Source of the DNA: a virus
Direction: 5' to 3' (one strand)
Length of the DNA stretch: 64,000 bases
IMG/VR virus record: IMGVR_UViG_3300045988_069781
Span: 32,001-96,000 of that record
This document shows positions 58,757 through 64,000 of this stretch, piece by piece; position 1 is the first letter of the stretch; each line of letters starts with the position of its first letter. A program made the position numbers and the translations under genes. Under the pieces are notes generated by a model. It ran no database searches. It was not told where the DNA came from and was given only the letters and a program-made list of their open reading frames with translations.

Positions 58757-59755
58757 TTAACCTATTATTATATAAAGGGTATTAGAATCTTTAACAGTAA
58801 GTTTATCGTATGCCACTTGATTCAATTTTATTATATTAGTTACAGTGTCACTGGTTACAGGTACACCTACGGAATTTATGTATGAAAGCGCATAACCTTT
58901 TGAAGAATCGCTTATAATGAGAGCTACTTGACCAACCTTTTTTGAACTCATAATGGAGTAATAATAGTCATAAAAAGTAATATTGGATACTATATTTATA
59001 TTATTACTTGTATCATAATTTAAAAACGCTCCTAAAATAGGCTCATTTGTACCAGATGATCCAAATTTACCTGGTTCTGCTTTATCATAATTTATAAAAT
59101 ACATGTAATCATTACTTGGAGTTATCTTACCATCAAAAGCAGATACAATAGCATTATACTCTTGTACTGTAACTGTAGTTTTGCTCTTATCCTCAAACTT
59201 AATAGCATTAATAGCATCAAGAATATTATTCTGAGTTTCTTGTGGTAATACTCCGCTACTGGTTGTTATTGCTTTGTATTTACCGTTGTCGGAGAGGTAT
59301 TTTGTACCGGAGCCAGTATTTTGTAAACTTTGTTGATTAGATACCAAAGTATAGGTCTTGTTACTCTTATTAAGAGTAACGGTTACTATGTTCAATTGTA
59401 TATGGCCATTATCGGGTTTTACCACTAAAAAATCTGATGCAATACTATATGCTTCATCAGAATTATCAATTGTTATCGGACCAAAGCCATCAGGGTCCGT
59501 CGCAATTCTTGCTGTTGTTATTCCTTTATTTACTACATCAACTACCTTTTGATAATTTTCCTCAGATAATGTACCACTTTCATTTGGAAATAAAGTTACT
59601 AAATCAAGATACTGATTGCTAGCTATAATCTCTGACCATTGTTTATCTTTCCTACCATATGTCTTACCATCTGAAGGTGCATCAGGAAATTCTTCTATAC
59701 CGTAATTGGGTAGTTTTACCCACTCTCCATCTTTCTTTATTTTTATTGTACCCAT
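58757..59755 (-). CDS. putative tail fibre protein
   Basis: N-terminal FPDAPSDGKTYGRKDKQW shares the AP.DGK.Y.R....W motif with the DGR target (TEAPKDGKQYARQNGTW). Confidence 0.6.
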   Translation of the reverse strand: MGTIKIKKDGEWVKLPNYGIEEFPDAPSDGKTYGRKDKQWSEIIASNQYLDLVTLFPNESGTLSEENYQKVVDVVNKGITTARIATDPDGFGPITIDNSDEAYSIASDFLVVKPDNGHIQLNIVTVTLNKSNKTYTLVSNQQSLQNTGSGTKYLSDNGKYKAITTSSGVLPQETQNNILDAINAIKFEDKSKTTVTVQEYNAIVSAFDGKITPSNDYMYFINYDKAEPGKFGSSGTNEPILGAFLNYDTSNNINIVSNITFYDYYYSIMSSKKVGQVALIISDSSKGYALSYINSVGVPVTSDTVTNIIKLNQVAYDKLTVKDSNTLYIIIG

Positions 59756-59756
59756 A

Positions 59757-60401
59757 TTATACTAAAGTTACATAGTTATCTACTAAACTTGACAAATCAT
59801 GTGAAAGTGGCATTTCACTATTCCTAATACATAAATACACTTTACTGTTCTGTGTATAGTATTTATCCTTAAATAATTCCATAGGTGGTATATAAGGTAT
59901 TGGATCTTCTAATGTACCAGCATGATCTTTATCAACCACTTTATATAAAGATGCTGTATCTACTCCAGGAATCCAATTCTCTTGTAAAGTATGATTCTGT
60001 ATTACCTCATATAGTACATCTGAATTATCTGTTACTACTCTAAATCTAAAACCCTTAGTAACAGAAGTACCATAAGAAGCATCTCCTTTTCCCCATACAG
60101 GATAAAGTGTTTTCATTTCTAAAGCTTTATCCGCAGTAAGTGAAGAAGCGTTAATTATAGTTCTAATAAAATTAATAGCTTGTGCTTGTTCATTATCAAA
60201 CTGTCCTGTATCAACTATTTTCTTTATTTCGTCATAAGATGGATAATGATTAAATACATGTTCATTGTATTTATAATGAATAATATCATCTTCAGTTTCC
60301 TTATCCTTATCTACTTGAACGTCCCATCTTACTGCCCATTCATTTAAACCTAAGTATTCAACAGAAATAGGGATGCTATTACTATGTACAATTCTTGTCA
60401 T
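59757..60401 (-). CDS. hypothetical protein downstream of the DGR reverse transcriptase
   Basis: 214-aa ORF overlapping the RT stop by 20 nt. Confidence 0.6.
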   Translation of the reverse strand: MTRIVHSNSIPISVEYLGLNEWAVRWDVQVDKDKETEDDIIHYKYNEHVFNHYPSYDEIKKIVDTGQFDNEQAQAINFIRTIINASSLTADKALEMKTLYPVWGKGDASYGTSVTKGFRFRVVTDNSDVLYEVIQNHTLQENWIPGVDTASLYKVVDKDHAGTLEDPIPYIPPMELFKDKYYTQNSKVYLCIRNSEMPLSHDLSSLVDNYVTLV

Positions 60402-61413
60402 AACCTAATAATAAAATTTTAAGTTCTTTTATATTATTTGTTCCTGTGAATTTCTTCCACAAATTAAAGCAATTACCATATCTACACCATCCCCAGTAAG
60501 AAGATAGAGACCTGAATTTCTTATTAAAATTAATGTATTTAGTTTTCCTATAGAACTTCTTTTTCATATCCTTTCTTAATTTCATATAACTGTGTCTAAA
60601 AACATAGCCTAAGAAATCAATTCCTCTATCATCTACAGGATATATTTGCCAATCATGTTTCACTTCTAATTCAAGATGTGAGATCATGTATTCTTGTATC
60701 TTTTGTAATGCTTGATGTAATTCTTCTTTATTGGAAGAAAGTAGAACCATATCATCACGATATCTGAAGTAATGTTTAATCTTTAACTCCTGCTTTACCC
60801 ATCTATCAAACCATGTTAAATAAAGATTAGCAGCAAATTGTGATATATAATTACCAATAGGTAATCCTTTATCTGTAGAATAAATTATCTCAGATATTAA
60901 ATTTAGAAACCTTTTATCTTTGAATATTCTATTAAATAGATCCATCATAATCTTTTGATCTACAGAAGGAAAGAACTTCTTTACATCTAGTTTCAAACAA
61001 TATTTAGTATTTTTTGGATCTGTTTTTAATGCATGTTTCAATCTTTTTACTGCTAAGTGAATACCTCTACCTTTGATACAACTATAAGTATCTGAAGTAA
61101 ATCGCTTAACTAAATAAGGTTCTATGACATTCATTATAGCGTGATGAGCTATACGGTCTGGAAAGTAAGGTAATCTGTATATTTCTCTTTCTTTATGACC
61201 TCTATCAGCAATAATAGTATAGATATCATATTCAGATGTTTTATAAGTACCTTCGATAAACATCCTTTGTAATTTTAATAAATTCTCATGTGAATGTTTA
61301 TCAAATTTAGCAATACCATAACGTTTAGATTTGTTAAGTCTTGCTTTCTTATCTGCTAGAACAAGATTGTTAAAATCGATAATTCTATTGAAAATATTAC
61401 CAATGCGTTTCAT
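60382..61413 (-). CDS. diversity-generating retroelement (DGR) reverse transcriptase
   Basis: RT motifs LKLDVKKFFPSV, GLPIGNYISQFAANLYL (the I/LGxxxSQ DGR hallmark), YRDDMVLL (YxDD) and IDFLGYVF. A TR lies directly upstream. Confidence 0.9.
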   Translation of the reverse strand: MKRIGNIFNRIIDFNNLVLADKKARLNKSKRYGIAKFDKHSHENLLKLQRMFIEGTYKTSEYDIYTIIADRGHKEREIYRLPYFPDRIAHHAIMNVIEPYLVKRFTSDTYSCIKGRGIHLAVKRLKHALKTDPKNTKYCLKLDVKKFFPSVDQKIMMDLFNRIFKDKRFLNLISEIIYSTDKGLPIGNYISQFAANLYLTWFDRWVKQELKIKHYFRYRDDMVLLSSNKEELHQALQKIQEYMISHLELEVKHDWQIYPVDDRGIDFLGYVFRHSYMKLRKDMKKKFYRKTKYINFNKKFRSLSSYWGWCRYGNCFNLWKKFTGTNNIKELKILLLGYDKNCT

Positions 61414-61534
61414 TGCTATTTTGGTGTTAGGACCCGTTCGTCCAATACTACTAGGGTCCCTTCAAAGCACCTGTTATTTTTCACCAAGGGGTGAGGCTGA
61501 TCTAATTTATACAATAAAAAACTTCCAAAATTTC

Positions 61535-61630
61535 ACTGTGAACTGATATTCGAATTCGAATTCGATGAATCATAATTAGCATTCGAATAGAAGACTCTGC
61601 AATCAGACTCATTGTCTGAATTACCTGACT
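61535..61630 (-). repeat. DGR template repeat (TR)
   Basis: Aligns gap-free with 61783-61878 (offset 248). It is Asn-codon-rich (AAT) on the minus strand. Confidence 0.9.
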
Positions 61631-61708
61631 TACTTTTTAATACATCTTCATCTAATCAAACCATTCTTTTAGATCCCGCCTTTGTTAATACTCTAGTTTA
61701 TTATAGGT

Positions 61709-64000
61709 TTATCCATTAAACCCAGGCTCTAACGCCAAAAATTCATCTTTTGTTTTAACTACGATCTTACCATAAAAACCTAACCGCGAACCGATAGCCG
61801 AATGCGAATACGAGGAAGCACAATAAGCATACGAACAGAAGACCCCGCAAACAGACCCAGAGTCCGAATAACCCGACCGCGCAAAAACTCTGTTATCTGT
61901 ATTATGATAGTAATAGTCTGCATAATATGTAGTATCTGATCCTCCTGTAGTGTTGCTTGGCATAACATCAGCGTATTCTCCGTGAGTAATGCCAACAATC
62001 CAACCATTAGAAGAGGAAGCAGTAGTATTAGATTCATCAGGGCCAACAATTTGTCTTACGTTTGTATATCCTGCAGATGTTAAACCTGAAATATCGGTAT
62101 TTACTTTAAGACCTCCATCGTACACTATCCATTTTCTAGCAATAACATTGATCCCTTGTACGAATTCAAATTTACCATAGTAACAATCCTCAAGACCTAA
62201 GAAATTACTACTATTATTAAACGTTCCATCCCTATTACCTAACGGTATTGTGTTACCTGTCACACTACTCCAAGAACGTGTACCACCAGAACAGGGTATA
62301 CTACCATTATCTGTACTTATATTAGTATTACCATATTTAGCACAGAATAAATTAGCAATAGTTTTATGGGCTCTGTAATCAATTAATCCCCAGTTACTCC
62401 CATTAGCTTGTGCTTGATTGAAAAAAGTTTCTATAGTTTGGTCTCCTGTACTAACAGATGATTTCCTACTGGTTAATTTGCCATCACTATTATATGCTTC
62501 AAACACACCAATTAAACATTCTCTCTCCTCTTTATAATTCTCATTAATCTTTTTTTCAGATATATATAATTTATATTTGTTTACTGCTGCACCAGAGTTA
62601 TCCATTCTATAATAATACTTAGGGAAATGAACCATATAATATACATAATGGTAAGCTCCAGTAGGTTCAACAGTAGAACCATCTTCCCATTTATTACTAT
62701 CTGTTGAACCAAGATAAGCAATAGCAGCAGAACCATCATTCTGAGGTAATGCTAAACATCTTTTAAATTTACTAGTAAGGTTAGTAATGATATCTAAATT
62801 ACCACCTCTTTCTAGTGTGGTGGTACTTGTGGTTTCGTCAAATTGGACCCACATAGCGTGTGTTTCTTCATTGATCTGTTCCCAATCAAGAGTGACCTCT
62901 TTCACATCATTCAAACTACTTATTTGAATAGTTTGAATCTCTGGAGTTATGTATCCTGCTATGGGTTTAGGTTCAATAGTCCAAGTTTCAGTAGTTGGTA
63001 ATATAAATGTATTTTCATCAGTATCCCTTGTAACCAAAGTGTAGGTACTTTCCTTTGGTACAGTATTAGAATACACATATACGTCTGCTAAACCGCTAAT
63101 ATCTTTTGCTAATTTTATTTTCAATTTAGCTCCTCGATACATTAATGTTTTTTCTTCAGCTACTCCATTTGCTGTAGAAGTTATAGAATCTGGTGTGACC
63201 CATTTCCTAAAATTAGGAGAACTAAAAACAGATACTTCAGTACCCTCAATAGTATATTGAGCACCAGTTGGAATTTTTACAGTATAGGTACGATTACCAG
63301 AAAGTGTTTTAGTTACATAACCTGATAACTTTACATCAACCTTATTAGAAAGTAATTCAGGATGATTGCTAGTAACATTAATTGTTACAATTGTGGTATT
63401 ATAAGTTAATGTTATAATCCTAATATTACCTGCTTCTGCAATAAATGTTTGAGATTGTGGTTTAGCATAATCAGTTACATCACTACAAGTAATAGTATAT
63501 GTAGTATTTACTGGAATTGTGGCAGTAAGTTCAGTTCCTTCCCATGTAAGTACTTTAGAAGTTTCATCATAAGCTATAGTAATAGTAACACCATTAATGT
63601 TAGAATCTGATAACTGATTACTTGCAACAGTTATTTTAACAGTTTCATCTTTAGGTGCTGCTTCTACTTCTACCCATGTTCCATTCTGTCTAGCATACTG
63701 TTTACCATCTTTAGGTGCTTCTGTAACTACTAATTCATCAAAAGTATTGTCTGATAAGTCAACCCATATTTCTTGTTCGCCATCAGGTTGTGTACCTTCG
63801 CTTATATATACTTCATCAGATATATCTGTTTTTAAAGCATACTCGTTGCCATGTTTACCATCAAGTAAATCGGCATCTAAACCACTACCAACTCCATCCA
63901 CTGTCTTTACTTTGGATAATACATCTGTAGCAGTATATGCAGAAGAATCTAATTTTGTATTAACCTGAGTAGTAGTAGCATAACCTTTTGCAGTTAATTC
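61709..64000 (-). CDS. DGR target: tail fibre or receptor-binding protein with a C-terminal variable lectin-type domain (5' end outside the window)
   Basis: The frame stays open from 64000 to stop 61709. The track start at 63901 is an internal GTG. GLDADLLDGKH fibre motif, repeated Ig-like modules, and the VR encodes ...RSGYSDSGSVCGVFCSYAYCASSYSHSAIGSRLGF. Confidence 0.85.
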   Translation of the reverse strand, partial: ELTAKGYATTTQVNTKLDSSAYTATDVLSKVKTVDGVGSGLDADLLDGKHGNEYALKTDISDEVYISEGTQPDGEQEIWVDLSDNTFDELVVTEAPKDGKQYARQNGTWVEVEAAPKDETVKITVASNQLSDSNINGVTITIAYDETSKVLTWEGTELTATIPVNTTYTITCSDVTDYAKPQSQTFIAEAGNIRIITLTYNTTIVTINVTSNHPELLSNKVDVKLSGYVTKTLSGNRTYTVKIPTGAQYTIEGTEVSVFSSPNFRKWVTPDSITSTANGVAEEKTLMYRGAKLKIKLAKDISGLADVYVYSNTVPKESTYTLVTRDTDENTFILPTTETWTIEPKPIAGYITPEIQTIQISSLNDVKEVTLDWEQINEETHAMWVQFDETTSTTTLERGGNLDIITNLTSKFKRCLALPQNDGSAAIAYLGSTDSNKWEDGSTVEPTGAYHYVYYMVHFPKYYYRMDNSGAAVNKYKLYISEKKINENYKEERECLIGVFEAYNSDGKLTSRKSSVSTGDQTIETFFNQAQANGSNWGLIDYRAHKTIANLFCAKYGNTNISTDNGSIPCSGGTRSWSSVTGNTIPLGNRDGTFNNSSNFLGLEDCYYGKFEFVQGINVIARKWIVYDGGLKVNTDISGLTSAGYTNVRQIVGPDESNTTASSSNGWIVGITHGEYADVMPSNTTGGSDTTYYADYYYHNTDNRVFARSGYSDSGSVCGVFCSYAYCASSYSHSAIGSRLGFYGKIVVKTKDEFLALEPGFNG
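61783..61878 (-). repeat. DGR variable repeat (VR) at the 3' end of the fibre gene
   Basis: 96 aligned positions against the TR give 73 identities and 23 mismatches. Every mismatch is at a plus-strand T of the TR, which is an A on the coding strand. Confidence 0.9.

Noticed and set aside
60382-61413. The reverse transcriptase as part of a group II intron or a retron
   Set aside because: No group II domain V or intron boundaries were seen, and no msr/msd-like structure. The IGxxxSQ motif and the adjacent TR/VR pair with adenine-only mismatches identify it as a DGR RT.
1-64000. Stop-codon reassignment (TAG or TGA recoding with suppressor tRNAs), as reported for some crAss-like phages
   Set aside because: Standard-code ORFs of 1374-3141 codons are uninterrupted throughout the late module. 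The only apparent break (33162) is explained by an intron. No tRNA with a CTA or TCA anticodon was identified.
1-64000. A CRISPR array, rRNA genes, integrase or transposase genes
   Set aside because: No regularly spaced direct repeats of 25-40 bp were seen. No rRNA-like conserved blocks and no recombinase or transposase motifs were seen in any listed ORF.

Overview
AT-rich phage-type sequence. Its gene content and layout are consistent with a crAss-like (Crassvirales) podophage of Bacteroidota; this is inference from motifs and synteny, since no searches could be run. Plus-strand early and replication module, about 1-24.5 kb: ECF-type sigma-70 factor, family B DNA polymerase, DnaB-like helicase, AAA_24-type ATPase, SSB-like protein, DnaG-like primase, two calcineurin-type phosphoesterases and PD-(D/E)XK nucleases. 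It converges at about 24.5 kb on a minus-strand virion module, 24.5-64 kb: giant cargo proteins including a virion RNA polymerase, tail and fibre proteins, a lysis cassette, and a diversity-generating retroelement (DGR). The RNA-level content is the unusual part. (1) About 2 kb (7.8-9.75 kb) is GC-elevated and ORF-free. (2) A circularly permuted, two-piece tmRNA-like gene lies at 2.94-3.24 kb. (3) A 276-nt ORF-less group I intron sits exactly inside the DxDxD catalytic motif of the RNA polymerase, and removing it fuses two giant ORFs into about 4549 codons. (4) A complete DGR shows 23 of 23 TR/VR mismatches at template adenines. (5) Several tRNA-like genes have perfect acceptor and T arms but non-canonical or oversized bodies. 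(6) Repeat clusters occur in intergenic regions. No integrase, CRISPR array, rRNA or stop-codon recoding was seen.
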